From Bacteroidota bacterium (lineage in GTDB: Bacteria; Bacteroidota; Bacteroidia; UKL13-3), in assembly GCA_027482225.1 (NCBI GenBank), contig JAIXWD010000005.1:64957-128956 (forward strand): a stretch of 64,000 nt of DNA, read 5' to 3'. Positions 48,333 to 58,829 of this stretch are shown here, in pieces. Every line of letters starts with the position of its first letter. The first letter of the stretch is position 1. Below the pieces are notes generated by a model. It was not told the DNA's origin and ran no database searches. It worked only from the letters and a program-made list of their open reading frames with translations. Made by a program: the position numbers and the translations under genes.

Positions 48333-50828
48333 CTAATATTCCATATCCATTCCACCGCCATTACTATCTCCGCGTCTTTGGTTACTGCGTTTTCTGAAAA
48401 GAGATGCCTCCATCTCTCCAAATCTCCATGTTACACTTAAGCGCACAAAACGGGTTTCGCGTCTACGACTAATATTTTGTTCCATCACATTGCTTTCATA
48501 GAAAGTACCAAAGCGTCTGGTGTTAAAGACATCATTAACAACCAAGTTAAAACTTAGCTTTTTCATAATCTCCTTGTTTAAAGAAATGTCCAACGAGTAT
48601 TGATCGAGCGTTTTGCCCTGCGGAATAATTCTTGGCGCTTCGTAATTACCATTTACTTGTACTGTGTATTGTTTAGGTAACTTATAACTTACCATACCTT
48701 TTGTATTCCAGCTAAAGCCGCTGTTTTGAATGGTAGTATTTCCAACATTAGCACTAATATCTGTATAAAAACCATTTAAGTTAATGGTAACATCAAGCTT
48801 CTTTTTTAAGAAGCTGATTTTGAAATTATTTTCCCAACCCATGTTATACATGGTATTCCCATTAATAAAGGTATTCAATAACACATCTGAAGTATCATTA
48901 TACTTTTGAGCAAATTGTGTAATGGCCCCTTCTGTTTGTTTTATATATACAGATGTAAATAAATTACCATTTGTGAATATGCGATTATAATTTACTTCTG
49001 CCGAATTGATAAACTCAGGACGTAATAATGGGTTTCCTGTACGGTAATTCATTTTATCGGCAAACATAATAAATGGCATTACCTGCATAAATCCAGGTCG
49101 ACTAATTTTACGCGTGAAATTTGTTTGAATTTCGTGTTTTTCACCAATGCGTTTTGTTAAATAAATACTTGGGAAAAATGCCTTGGCCAAATTCGACATT
49201 CCATCAGGATATAAATACGCAACCGATTGATTTTTTCCGAGTAATTCACCAATAAAACGAGTTTGCTCAAAACGTAAACCCACCATGTATCCAATACCCA
49301 TCTGTTTAAACATACTTGAGTAAGTAGCGTAAGCAGCATTTACCATGTCACTAATTTTAAAGTTATTTGATAAGGTGGAGTCCATCAAAACCTCACCAGA
49401 GGCATTGTTACGGTATCCCACATTAAGTATTGAAAGATCTTCTTTATAATTACTCCGAATACCAAACTCCCATTTAGCCGTATCAGTAATAGGATTGGTA
49501 AAATCCAGCTGATAAGTAAAAATATTACTATTACCTGAACCTCTGTTTAACTGGAATTCTTGCGCTTTAATAGGTTGGCCATTGCTATAATAATTATTGG
49601 TAACAAAATCGCTGTTGGCTTTACGTTCACCGCGACTATAGGTAATATCAGTAGATAACTCCCTTCCTTTTCTCGGATAAGTTTTACGCAATTGTAATTG
49701 TGTGTTGTAGTTACCCCAAAGTGTATTACCAATGGTACTACGTGTACCATAGGTTAACGTTTTATTCGAAGCATCAAGATCAATGAACGACTGTGATTCA
49801 TCAGATTCATATCCTCCACGCATCATGCCTTGGCTTAACGTTAAAGTAGTACGGTTAGTTATGCTGTAATCGTATGCAATGCGGCCACTTTGCATTAAAT
49901 TCTCCATGGTTACTTCGTTTTCTTGATTATAAAAACCATTGGTTTCTCCATTGCTAATCAACCTACGATTGGTATATCCCCTAGTTGGGTTTTTAGATAA
50001 GTTTGCGTTGTATGAAATGCTAAAGTTACTTCTACCCTCTTTGATGTTCAAATTAACCATACCGTTGTATCTATTTGGAAAACCGGCTCCCAACGTTATT
50101 AATCCATTGTACCCAGGTTTGGTATTCTTTTTCAATACTATATTTAATATACCTCCTGATGTTGAAGCGTCATATTTTGCAGAGGGATTAGTTATCACTT
50201 CAATCCTATCAATTTGATCTGAAGGAATTTGTTCTAACGTTAAATTGGTTGGCCGACCATCCACAAAAATAGTAGGACTGCTATTTCTTAAAGTTACTCC
50301 ACCATCTACATCTACAGACAAACCTGGAATGTTTTTTACAGCATCAATCCCTGTTCCTCCTCGGGCCGAAATATCTTTATCTACCGTATAAATTCTCCTA
50401 TCAACTGTCATAATTACAGCAGCGCGCTCACCCTCTACTACTATTTCTTTTAAACTTTTTGCATCAACCTGTAACGTAATATTTCCTAAATCTTGCTCAA
50501 TATTATTTGGGCTAATAGATACTTGTTGTGTTATTGTTTGATAACCAATAAATGTGATGCGCAAACGATATCGCCCCATGGGCAGCTTATCTAAGTTAAA
50601 ATCACCATTTGCTTTGGCAAGAATACCACTGATGATGCTGTCTTTTTGCATAGCCAATAGGGTAACAGCAGCAAAGTCTACTGGTTGTTTTGATTTTGAA
50701 TCTACCACCTTACCATACAAACGACCTATGGCTGGCATAGTTCGCATACCACCCATATTTGGGCGCTGAGCAAACGTTGATAATGATGATACTATTATTA
50801 GAAATAATGCTGAATAAATTTTTTGCAT
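48333..50828 (-). CDS. TonB-dependent outer membrane receptor with an N-terminal carboxypeptidase-regulatory-like domain
   Basis: Signal peptide, a CarbopepD_reg-like region (GKVVDSKSKQPVDFAAVTLL), a plug region and a roughly 600-aa barrel with a terminal aromatic residue. Confidence 0.8.
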   Translation of the reverse strand: MQKIYSALFLIIVSSLSTFAQRPNMGGMRTMPAIGRLYGKVVDSKSKQPVDFAAVTLLAMQKDSIISGILAKANGDFNLDKLPMGRYRLRITFIGYQTITQQVSISPNNIEQDLGNITLQVDAKSLKEIVVEGERAAVIMTVDRRIYTVDKDISARGGTGIDAVKNIPGLSVDVDGGVTLRNSSPTIFVDGRPTNLTLEQIPSDQIDRIEVITNPSAKYDASTSGGILNIVLKKNTKPGYNGLITLGAGFPNRYNGMVNLNIKEGRSNFSISYNANLSKNPTRGYTNRRLISNGETNGFYNQENEVTMENLMQSGRIAYDYSITNRTTLTLSQGMMRGGYESDESQSFIDLDASNKTLTYGTRSTIGNTLWGNYNTQLQLRKTYPRKGRELSTDITYSRGERKANSDFVTNNYYSNGQPIKAQEFQLNRGSGNSNIFTYQLDFTNPITDTAKWEFGIRSNYKEDLSILNVGYRNNASGEVLMDSTLSNNFKISDMVNAAYATYSSMFKQMGIGYMVGLRFEQTRFIGELLGKNQSVAYLYPDGMSNLAKAFFPSIYLTKRIGEKHEIQTNFTRKISRPGFMQVMPFIMFADKMNYRTGNPLLRPEFINSAEVNYNRIFTNGNLFTSVYIKQTEGAITQFAQKYNDTSDVLLNTFINGNTMYNMGWENNFKISFLKKKLDVTINLNGFYTDISANVGNTTIQNSGFSWNTKGMVSYKLPKQYTVQVNGNYEAPRIIPQGKTLDQYSLDISLNKEIMKKLSFNLVVNDVFNTRRFGTFYESNVMEQNISRRRETRFVRLSVTWRFGEMEASLFRKRSNQRRGDSNGGGMDMEY

Positions 50829-50944
50829 GCTAAATATTAACTATTTAATAAAAACTAAGACCGCAATACCAAACAAAAGTTTAATTAAACTGTAACTTTT
50901 GAAGTATGCTATATACAATCTGTTATAAGTAAAATGATTAAACC

Positions 50945-52162
50945 TTACTCCAAATCGGTACTCAACTTATAACGACAGATGCGATTGTTCTTTTTATCTG
51001 CCACAAATATGGTTCTGCGATTATAACATACACCACTTGGATCATTAAAACTAAATGGACCAGTATTAGTTCCATCACTGGCAAATCCACCAAACGAAAC
51101 AATTATTTGTTTAGTGATTCCAGAGTTAGCAGGAGGATTAACTCCCTCGTAACCTTGTGGGGTGAAAACATATAGTGAATCCGTCTCGCTATCAACCACA
51201 AACATATACCCTAAATTATCAGGCGCTATGAAACAATCTTCTGGCTTTTTAAAACGATAACTTTCATATAAAAATCTATCCGCTTTGCTGTTATCAAACG
51301 ATAAATATTGTGGCGATTCTGCATATTGAGTTCCCAATTCAGGGTCGTCATACACATTAATCATCAAAGTACGATACTCCACATTTTGAGATTTGCCTGC
51401 TTGTGTAATCAGAAAACTTTTAGATGTGCTCATTCCTTGTAAGCGTTGCGGAGGTGCGCTATACCCTGCTATGCTACTAATACCTATTGCCGATTTCAAA
51501 CTTGAGTTATTAGGATTTAACCCAGTAGCAAAGCCTATGTTTTTACCTTCAGCATCGTAAACCAACACACCATTATCAGGCCTAACAAATGAGTTTACAT
51601 CATTACGCGGCCCAATGCGTGTTAAGTATACCGTATTATCATGTAAAGTGGTTATCCCTGTATACTGAACAGCTTCGTCATCAGCTTGTCTATTTGCTGT
51701 TGCCCTTCGGGATTCATCATTTAAAGGATGAATAAGCGTATCAATAAACTGATAATTACCTGTTGCCGTATTTATTAAATGATAAACGGCTGCTCTATTA
51801 CCTAACAAAGGATCATTTACACGACCCAAGACATATGTATGTAAACGCCTATCTTGGGTTACATCAGTTGCTCCAGGAATATTTATGATAAGTGCCAACT
51901 TACCTGTTTGATCCAAGATGTTTAGTCCTCTATCATCTACCACATATATCATTTCATCAAATCCAACATACACATCTACAGGATTCAAGAAATTATTAAA
52001 AAATGGATACTGTGGTACGTATCCAATTTTATTTGGTATCAAATCAGGATCTATTTTCCCTTGCTCAAAAATTTGCTTGGTTTGATCATCTTCCTTGGTG
52101 CCACAAGCGGCAAAAAATAACAACAGCATCAAACCTACGGCAACATTAAAAATCTTTTTCAT
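50945..52162 (-). CDS. NHL-repeat lipoprotein
   Basis: The ATG at 52162 gives MKKIFNVAVGLMLLLFFAACG. There is a C-terminal NHL repeat (FNDPSGVCYNRRTIFVADKKNNRICRY) and additional YVVDDRGLNILD-type repeats. Confidence 0.6.
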   Translation of the reverse strand: MKKIFNVAVGLMLLLFFAACGTKEDDQTKQIFEQGKIDPDLIPNKIGYVPQYPFFNNFLNPVDVYVGFDEMIYVVDDRGLNILDQTGKLALIINIPGATDVTQDRRLHTYVLGRVNDPLLGNRAAVYHLINTATGNYQFIDTLIHPLNDESRRATANRQADDEAVQYTGITTLHDNTVYLTRIGPRNDVNSFVRPDNGVLVYDAEGKNIGFATGLNPNNSSLKSAIGISSIAGYSAPPQRLQGMSTSKSFLITQAGKSQNVEYRTLMINVYDDPELGTQYAESPQYLSFDNSKADRFLYESYRFKKPEDCFIAPDNLGYMFVVDSETDSLYVFTPQGYEGVNPPANSGITKQIIVSFGGFASDGTNTGPFSFNDPSGVCYNRRTIFVADKKNNRICRYKLSTDLE

Positions 52163-52176
52163 ACAAAAAGTGCTCA

Positions 52177-53220
52177 CTATTTAATATTTAGTGCAATGGT
52201 TAAACGGTGTATATTTCCTAATCTCGATTTAGCTAAAAAACCATAATCTATAGTTAAACCACCAAAATTTCTGCGTAATTTCATTCCAATACCAGCTGAA
52301 GGTGCACGGTATGCTTCATCACTTGCAAACTCATAACCGCAGCGGCTATAAAACATGCGCTTAAAAGTATATTCTGCACCTAATGCATAGGTTTCATTAT
52401 TATCTGTTGGATGGTTTAACTGCGCTGCAAGGGTTAGGTTGTGCTTATATCCTCTAATTGGATCAAATGCTGCACCTATTCTAAACATACCAGGAACGGT
52501 AACTGTGGTGAAGTTAGTAATATCCGTGGGGCCATTAAACTTTAAAATTTGCGCCTTACCATCAGGTTTTACATTAAACCCAAAATTACTAAAGTTAATA
52601 CCGAAACGTGCATTTTTAATTCCCACATCATACTTCAATCCTAAATCAAACAAAACATTGTGAATGCTAATACCTGGAAAACCCTCGTTTGCATAACGCC
52701 CGTTAATTCCAAAACTGAAATTATTGGTTAATACTTTTGCGTAAGTAAGGCCTATATAATAATTGTTAATTGCAAATGTACGACCTGTTCCGTTTGGGTC
52801 AAACTCTGTGGTTTCTTGCATGGTGCCGTAATTCATGTTAAACACCTGAAAACCTAAATAAGAATGCTTACCAACGCGGCCTATAACACCAACATGATTG
52901 GCAGAAATATCTCCAAAATAACTTGTATGTGAGGTTTGAACATTAATCAAACCTGTATCAGTTTGTGTTATACCAGCTGGGTTCCAATACATGGCCGATA
53001 CATCGTTTGCTATTGCAACATAGGCACCACCCATAGACATAGAACGAGCATCGGGTGCAATTTTTAAAAATTGCATTCCCGTACTACCACTTCGCGAATC
53101 GCCAAAGGAAGGGAGTATTTGTGCATGAGCTTTTCCTACAATAAGTAAAGCCGCTATATAAAAGTACTTTTTAATATGCATTGAATCAGGCAAATTAAAT
53201 AGATTTTTTGCGAATTGCAT
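52177..53220 (-). CDS. PorV/PorQ-family outer-membrane beta-barrel protein
   Basis: The N-terminal motif after the signal peptide, LKIAPDARSMSMGGAYVAIANDVSAMYWNPAGI, matches the FadL-like PorV/PorQ pattern. The C-terminus ends in beta-barrel-like alternating residues. An alternative start is the ATG at 53181. Confidence 0.4.
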   Translation of the reverse strand: MQFAKNLFNLPDSMHIKKYFYIAALLIVGKAHAQILPSFGDSRSGSTGMQFLKIAPDARSMSMGGAYVAIANDVSAMYWNPAGITQTDTGLINVQTSHTSYFGDISANHVGVIGRVGKHSYLGFQVFNMNYGTMQETTEFDPNGTGRTFAINNYYIGLTYAKVLTNNFSFGINGRYANEGFPGISIHNVLFDLGLKYDVGIKNARFGINFSNFGFNVKPDGKAQILKFNGPTDITNFTTVTVPGMFRIGAAFDPIRGYKHNLTLAAQLNHPTDNNETYALGAEYTFKRMFYSRCGYEFASDEAYRAPSAGIGMKLRRNFGGLTIDYGFLAKSRLGNIHRLTIALNIK

Positions 53221-53285
53221 TGTTAAATAATGATTATTTGGAAATGCCTATTAAATGGTAGAAGTTGCGTTGTAATTTACTGCAA

Positions 53286-54911
53286 ATGAAATTAAATAAC
53301 ATCCATATAAAACTAGCTGGTTTATCTATACTTACAGGTTGCTTACTCACCTTATCATGGCCACCAATTGGCTTATTTCCATTAGTTTTTGTGGGCTTTG
53401 TTCCTTTGTTTTTTATTCATCATTTTATTATACAAAATAAAGTAAGCGCTGCTTGGGCATTTTTATATGGATTTAGTACCTTTCTATTATTTAATATTGG
53501 TACAACATGGTGGGTTTGGAATGCAAGTGCAGGTGGTGCAGTAATGGCTTTTATATTAAATAGTTTGTTAATGAATGTGCCATTTATGTTCCTACATCAA
53601 TTGGCTAAAAAACACCAAACAAGTTTAAAATTATGGCCCTTTATTTGGGCTTGGCTTGCATTTGAATATTTCCATTTAAGATGGGATGCTACATGGCCAT
53701 GGCTAACTTTAGGGAACGCATTTGCCCAAACCCCATGGCTAGTTCAGTGGTATGAATATACAGGAACCGTAGGTGGTTCGCTTTGGATTTTATGGGTCAA
53801 TAAAAAACTATTTCAATGGCTTGTTCTTTACAAACCGTTAAGTAAACAACAACGTTTTAAAAGCGCATTTAACATTGCATTTTTAGGATTGTTTGCACCA
53901 GCATTTTTATCGTTTTATATATTGGATGAATACCAAAAGAAACAAAAATCTTATTCAGCAATTAAAGCTAACATTATGGTGGTTCAGCCAAATATAGATC
54001 CCTATAAAGAGAAATTTAACTCCATGAGCGATTATGAGCAAACTTTAAAGATGCTAACCATTGCCGACAAAAACATGGATTCTACTGTGCAGTTAATTGC
54101 ATTTCCAGAAACAGCATTGGTTGGTAATTTAAATGAGCGCGATTTAGCCAATGAAGAAACCATAAAGCTGATTAGGCAATTTATGAGTAAATATCCAACC
54201 GTAAATATTATTACAGGAGCTGATAGTTACAAAGAGTATTTACAAGGCGAAAAGCCAAGTAATACAGCTCGCGAATATAATCTAGGACAATATTATGATG
54301 CATACAATGCAGCCTATTTTTTACAACCTAACACACCCGAAATTGATATTTACCATAAAAGTAAATTAGTACCTGGCGTAGAGCGTTTACCTTTTTCATC
54401 TGTATTAAAATATGTTGAACAATATGCTATTGATTTAGGTGGCACAACAGGAAGCTTGGGGGTTGATGAAGCACCACATAATTTTACAGCCAACACCATG
54501 CTAAAAGCTGCTCCAATCATTTGCTATGAAAGTGTTTTTGGCGAATACGTAACAGAATATGTAAAACGAGGAGCTACTTTTTTATGCATTATAACCAATG
54601 ATGGATGGTGGGGTAACACTCCTGGCTACAAACAACATTTACAATATGCATCTCTTCGTGCAATTGAAACTAGAAGGTATGTTGTACGGAGTGCAAACAC
54701 TGGTATATCAGCATTTTTTGATGACAAGGGGTACCTCTTACAAAAAACAAATTGGTGGGAGCCTAATGCTTTAAAGCAAAATATCAATTTGAATACAGAT
54801 CAAACATTTTACGTTAAAAATGGAGATATGATTGGCGAATATGCCATCCTATTTACAGCTTACTTTTTACTTGGCTTGATAATTAAAAAGAAATCGACTT
54901 TTATGCCTTAA
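53286..54911 (+). CDS. lnt: Apolipoprotein N-acyltransferase
   Basis: An N-terminal polytopic domain is followed by a C-terminal CN-hydrolase domain (IAFPETALVG, ICYESVFG). The ATG is at 53286; the ORF-track start at 53265 is a TTG. Confidence 0.8.
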   Translation: MKLNNIHIKLAGLSILTGCLLTLSWPPIGLFPLVFVGFVPLFFIHHFIIQNKVSAAWAFLYGFSTFLLFNIGTTWWVWNASAGGAVMAFILNSLLMNVPFMFLHQLAKKHQTSLKLWPFIWAWLAFEYFHLRWDATWPWLTLGNAFAQTPWLVQWYEYTGTVGGSLWILWVNKKLFQWLVLYKPLSKQQRFKSAFNIAFLGLFAPAFLSFYILDEYQKKQKSYSAIKANIMVVQPNIDPYKEKFNSMSDYEQTLKMLTIADKNMDSTVQLIAFPETALVGNLNERDLANEETIKLIRQFMSKYPTVNIITGADSYKEYLQGEKPSNTAREYNLGQYYDAYNAAYFLQPNTPEIDIYHKSKLVPGVERLPFSSVLKYVEQYAIDLGGTTGSLGVDEAPHNFTANTMLKAAPIICYESVFGEYVTEYVKRGATFLCIITNDGWWGNTPGYKQHLQYASLRAIETRRYVVRSANTGISAFFDDKGYLLQKTNWWEPNALKQNINLNTDQTFYVKNGDMIGEYAILFTAYFLLGLIIKKKSTFMP

Positions 54912-55695
54912 ATCCTTTATTAATTATGGCATAAAAAGAGTCATAGATTTGAGTTGATGAAGCGATGATTTCTTTACCAAAAATGATATCATCGGTACCA
55001 CTAAATGTTGATATTTTACCTCCTGCTTCTTTTACTAAAACTATTCCTCCTGCCACATCCCATGGGCTTAATCCATATTCAAAAAAACCATCAAATCTTC
55101 CACAAGCCACATAAGCTAAATCAACGGCTGCACTTCCCATTCTGCGCATACCTTGAGTTGTGCGCAAAAACTCTTGTAAGGTATTGAGGTATCGCTGCAT
55201 TAATTCAAAATCATAATATGGAAATCCTGTAGCCATTAATGCTTTTGATAGTTCATTGTTTTGTTTAACACAAATTTTGTTCCCATTAAGGTATGCACCA
55301 CCGTTTTCCCAAGCATAAAATATTTCATCTCTATTAAGCTCAAGCACCACTCCAATGATAGGAACTCCATGATGTAATAACGCAATACTTATACTATAAA
55401 TAGGTAATTGGTGCACAAAGTTTGTAGTTCCATCTAATGGGTCGATTACCCACATGTATTCTTTTTGTGCTGTGGTGATGGTTTGTTCTTCTGTAATAAA
55501 ACCCGCCTCTGGTAAAATGAGTTGTAAACCCGCTACTATTTTTTCTTCTGCAGTTTTATCAACGTATGAAACCAGTTGATTAAACGACTTTATTTCGACT
55601 GCATGATGGCTAAAAGTTTTTGCCTCTGATTGAATAAATTCACCTACAGTTTTGGCTAAGGCGCATACCTTTAAGGTTATATCTTGCAATTTCAT
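54901..55695 (-). CDS. suhB: Inositol monophosphatase family protein
   Basis: WVIDPLDGTTNFVHQLP, with a downstream DAAA-like motif (VDLAYVACGRFD). Confidence 0.85.
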   Translation of the reverse strand: MKLQDITLKVCALAKTVGEFIQSEAKTFSHHAVEIKSFNQLVSYVDKTAEEKIVAGLQLILPEAGFITEEQTITTAQKEYMWVIDPLDGTTNFVHQLPIYSISIALLHHGVPIIGVVLELNRDEIFYAWENGGAYLNGNKICVKQNNELSKALMATGFPYYDFELMQRYLNTLQEFLRTTQGMRRMGSAAVDLAYVACGRFDGFFEYGLSPWDVAGGIVLVKEAGGKISTFSGTDDIIFGKEIIASSTQIYDSFYAIINKGFKA

Positions 55696-55758
55696 AAACT
55701 ATTAAGCCCTCTTAGTGTTATTAAATTAATGAATATAGCGGTTATATTAAAACGTATA

Positions 55759-56859
55759 CTATTCATCTTCTTGTTTAGTTAAAACGTGCTTGTTATAGTT
55801 TCTCCATTTATCTAAAACAGCAGCAAAATCAGGTGGTAAATCTGCTTCAAAATACATATTTTGACCTGTACGCGGGTGTACAAACCCAAGCGAACGTGCA
55901 TGCAAACCTTGACGAGGCATTAACTGAAAACAATTTTCTACAAACTGCTTATATTTAGTAAACGAGAGACCTTTTAAAATTCTATCTCCACCATAAGTAT
56001 CATCACTAAATAAGTTATGTCCTATATGCTTCATGTGAACACGAATTTGGTGCGTACGACCTGTCTCTAATCTACATTCAATTAAAGATACATATTGCAA
56101 ACGCTCTAAAACAGAGTAATGCGTTATGCTCCAACGTCCTTTTTCTTCATCATCATACATCATAAAAACGCGCCTATCTTTTGCGCTTCTTCCAATATAT
56201 CCTGTTACTGTTCCATTGTCTTCGTTAAAATTACCCCAAGCTAAAGCAACATATCTGCGCTGAATACTGTGGTGAAAAAATTGTTTAGCCAAATGGGTCA
56301 TGGCGATATCGTTTTTAGCAATAACCAATAAACCACTTGTGTTTTTATCAATGCGATGAACAAGTCCGGGGCGTATATTATTTTCTTTAGTGAAATTATT
56401 ATCTCTTAAATAATAAGCCAATGCATTTACCAAAGTTCCACTAACATTATTATGACCTGGATGTACTACCATTCCTGCACGTTTATTTACAATCATCACA
56501 TCCTCGTCTTCATAAATAATATCTAGAGGTATGTTTTCAGGAACTATCTCGGTATCTTTTGGTGGCTGAGGTAAAACAATACTAATTACATCTAATGGTT
56601 TTACCTTATAGCTGCTTTTAATCGGCTTTTCGTTAACCAAAATACTCCCCGCATCAGCGGCAGCTTGTAACTTGGTGCGGCTGGCGTTTTGAAGGCGTAT
56701 CATCAAAAATTTATCAATACGCATCAAGGTCTGCCCCTTATCAACTACAATTCGGTGGTGCTCCCACAATTCCTGTTCATCACCACCATCGGTGTCGTCC
56801 AATTCTTCTTCAACCTGCTTTGGTAAGTCGGCTTCGTTTTTAAACTTATTATAATACAT
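55759..56859 (-). CDS. rluD: RluA-family pseudouridine synthase (RluD-like, with an S4 domain)
   Basis: N-terminal S4 domain. Catalytic motif HRIDKNTSGLLVIAKN. Confidence 0.85.
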   Translation of the reverse strand: MYYNKFKNEADLPKQVEEELDDTDGGDEQELWEHHRIVVDKGQTLMRIDKFLMIRLQNASRTKLQAAADAGSILVNEKPIKSSYKVKPLDVISIVLPQPPKDTEIVPENIPLDIIYEDEDVMIVNKRAGMVVHPGHNNVSGTLVNALAYYLRDNNFTKENNIRPGLVHRIDKNTSGLLVIAKNDIAMTHLAKQFFHHSIQRRYVALAWGNFNEDNGTVTGYIGRSAKDRRVFMMYDDEEKGRWSITHYSVLERLQYVSLIECRLETGRTHQIRVHMKHIGHNLFSDDTYGGDRILKGLSFTKYKQFVENCFQLMPRQGLHARSLGFVHPRTGQNMYFEADLPPDFAAVLDKWRNYNKHVLTKQEDE

Positions 56860-57601
56860 GTTCTATTTTATACAATATAGGTTTACTTGGACTGGCATCA
56901 GTTTGTAGTGAAGCAATTTGCAAGTTCAACAAATAAATATCATCCTCAATGTGATTTGGTATAAAGGCCATTTCTGTAATGGTAGAGTCCAAACGAGTCG
57001 CTTCTGGATAATTCCAAAATGCATGATGTGCTTCAAGGGCACCCGAATCTTCCTCCCTATCAACAGATGGCAAATCAATTACCAAATGTTTAATACCACT
57101 TTCTCTAAGAAATGTACAGAGTTCTGGCTGCAGATATGCAGGGTTATTACCAGAGTAATGTGCAACTAATTTATCATTATCATTAGGGAGAGTTCTGATA
57201 ATTATGGCATCAATAAGCGGATGTAAAAATGGCTCAATATCTTTTAACATCAATACAAAATCACCATTCTTTGGCTGAGGCGTAACGGTGATTACTTGTG
57301 CTAAAAACATAAATTGTTTTAACACCTCGTTAATCGTAATTCGTTGCTTACTAATATGACCCACACACTCGGTATGTGTTCCATTTCCATGTGCATTTAT
57401 TATTAGGTTTTCGCAATTTACACTACCACCCAAAGCCACACTACCCACAAAACCACCCGCTTTAAATGGCTGGAATGTGGGATGTTGAATTCCAAACGCA
57501 TTTGGGTTTTGAGCTCCACTGTTCATAGAGATACTGATGTCTAATGGATTACCAAAGTTTACACTGAAATTCTGCTCTTTATACTCAATATTAGCGTGCA
57601 T
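56849..57601 (-). CDS. Cyclase-family protein (kynurenine formamidase-like fold)
   Basis: NAHGNGTHTECVGH resembles the HxGTHxDxPxH motif of the cyclase family. It overlaps rluD by 11 bp on the same strand. Confidence 0.5.
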   Translation of the reverse strand: MHANIEYKEQNFSVNFGNPLDISISMNSGAQNPNAFGIQHPTFQPFKAGGFVGSVALGGSVNCENLIINAHGNGTHTECVGHISKQRITINEVLKQFMFLAQVITVTPQPKNGDFVLMLKDIEPFLHPLIDAIIIRTLPNDNDKLVAHYSGNNPAYLQPELCTFLRESGIKHLVIDLPSVDREEDSGALEAHHAFWNYPEATRLDSTITEMAFIPNHIEDDIYLLNLQIASLQTDASPSKPILYKIEHVL

Positions 57602-57653
57602 GTTTCGTTATGGTTTGAGATTGCAAATATCATCATATATTTGATTTATATCT

Positions 57654-58829
57654 ATGGGTGTATACGAACAAAAGATAAGATGGAAAAGATTACTGTTTAT
57701 TATGGCTTTGTGCATTGGCGCATTTAGTCTTTGGTATACCAATAAATTAGTACAAAAATTAGCTACCGAAGAAGAAAAAAAAGTATTGTTGTGGGCTAAT
57801 GCTACCAAACAACTCATTAATTCCAACGAAAACACTGACATCAACTTTTTACTTGATATCATTAAAGATAACGAAACGATTCCGGTTATTTTGGTAGATG
57901 ATAATGGAAACATTACCGCACATAGAAACCTAGATAGCGCTAAAGCAGAGGACAAAAAATACCTAGAGCAACAATTAGCCGAAATGAAGGCGCAAAGGGA
58001 ACCCATTAAAATACTTTATGACGAACTGAATAAAAAATATAACTATTTATACTATAAAAACTCCATAATTTTAACTCAACTAAAACAATATCCCTATTAT
58101 CAACTGAGTATAATTGCACTATTTATTTTGGTTGCTTATTTAGCATTTAGTTATTCACGAAAATCAGAGCAAAACCAAGTTTGGGTTGGTATGAGTAAAG
58201 AAACTGCACATCAATTAGGCACACCCATTTCGTCACTAAATGGCTGGATTAATTTAATGCGTGATGCCAATGAAGTAGGAAAAGAAGAGATATTACAAGA
58301 GTTTGAAAAAGACGTAAAACGATTAGAGTTAATTACAGAAAGATTTAGTAAAATTGGATCAGCACCCGTACTTAAGCCGAAAAATATTTTTGATGTGATG
58401 CAACGTGCGGTTGATTATCTGAGAACACGCTCATCAAGCCAAGTAAAATTTAGTGTAACCAGCAGTGATGAAGATGCATTGGCATTAGTTAATGTGCCTT
58501 TGTTTGATTGGGTTGTTGAAAATATTTGTAAAAATGCCATTGATGCTATGAGCGGTAAAGGCAATATTAATATACAAATAAGTACCGAAGCCGATAAGGT
58601 GTATATTGACATAGAAGATACTGGAAAAGGCATTACTCCATCAAAACAAAAAACGGTTTTTAAGCCTGGTTATACCACAAAAAAGCGTGGCTGGGGTTTA
58701 GGTTTATCATTGGCTAAACGGATTATAGAAGACTACCATAAAGGCAAAGTATTTGTTAAAGAATCGACCCTTGAAAAAGGCACTACATTTAGAATTGTGC
58801 TGCGTGGTGGTGGTGGGTTGTTAAGTTAA
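57654..58829 (+). CDS. Sensor histidine kinase (membrane-anchored, orphan)
   Basis: Two TM segments. H-box HQLGTPISSLNGWINL. N/G1/G2 boxes (NAIDAM.., DTGKGI.., GWGLGLSLAKRII). Confidence 0.8.
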   Translation: MGVYEQKIRWKRLLFIMALCIGAFSLWYTNKLVQKLATEEEKKVLLWANATKQLINSNENTDINFLLDIIKDNETIPVILVDDNGNITAHRNLDSAKAEDKKYLEQQLAEMKAQREPIKILYDELNKKYNYLYYKNSIILTQLKQYPYYQLSIIALFILVAYLAFSYSRKSEQNQVWVGMSKETAHQLGTPISSLNGWINLMRDANEVGKEEILQEFEKDVKRLELITERFSKIGSAPVLKPKNIFDVMQRAVDYLRTRSSSQVKFSVTSSDEDALALVNVPLFDWVVENICKNAIDAMSGKGNINIQISTEADKVYIDIEDTGKGITPSKQKTVFKPGYTTKKRGWGLGLSLAKRIIEDYHKGKVFVKESTLEKGTTFRIVLRGGGGLLS

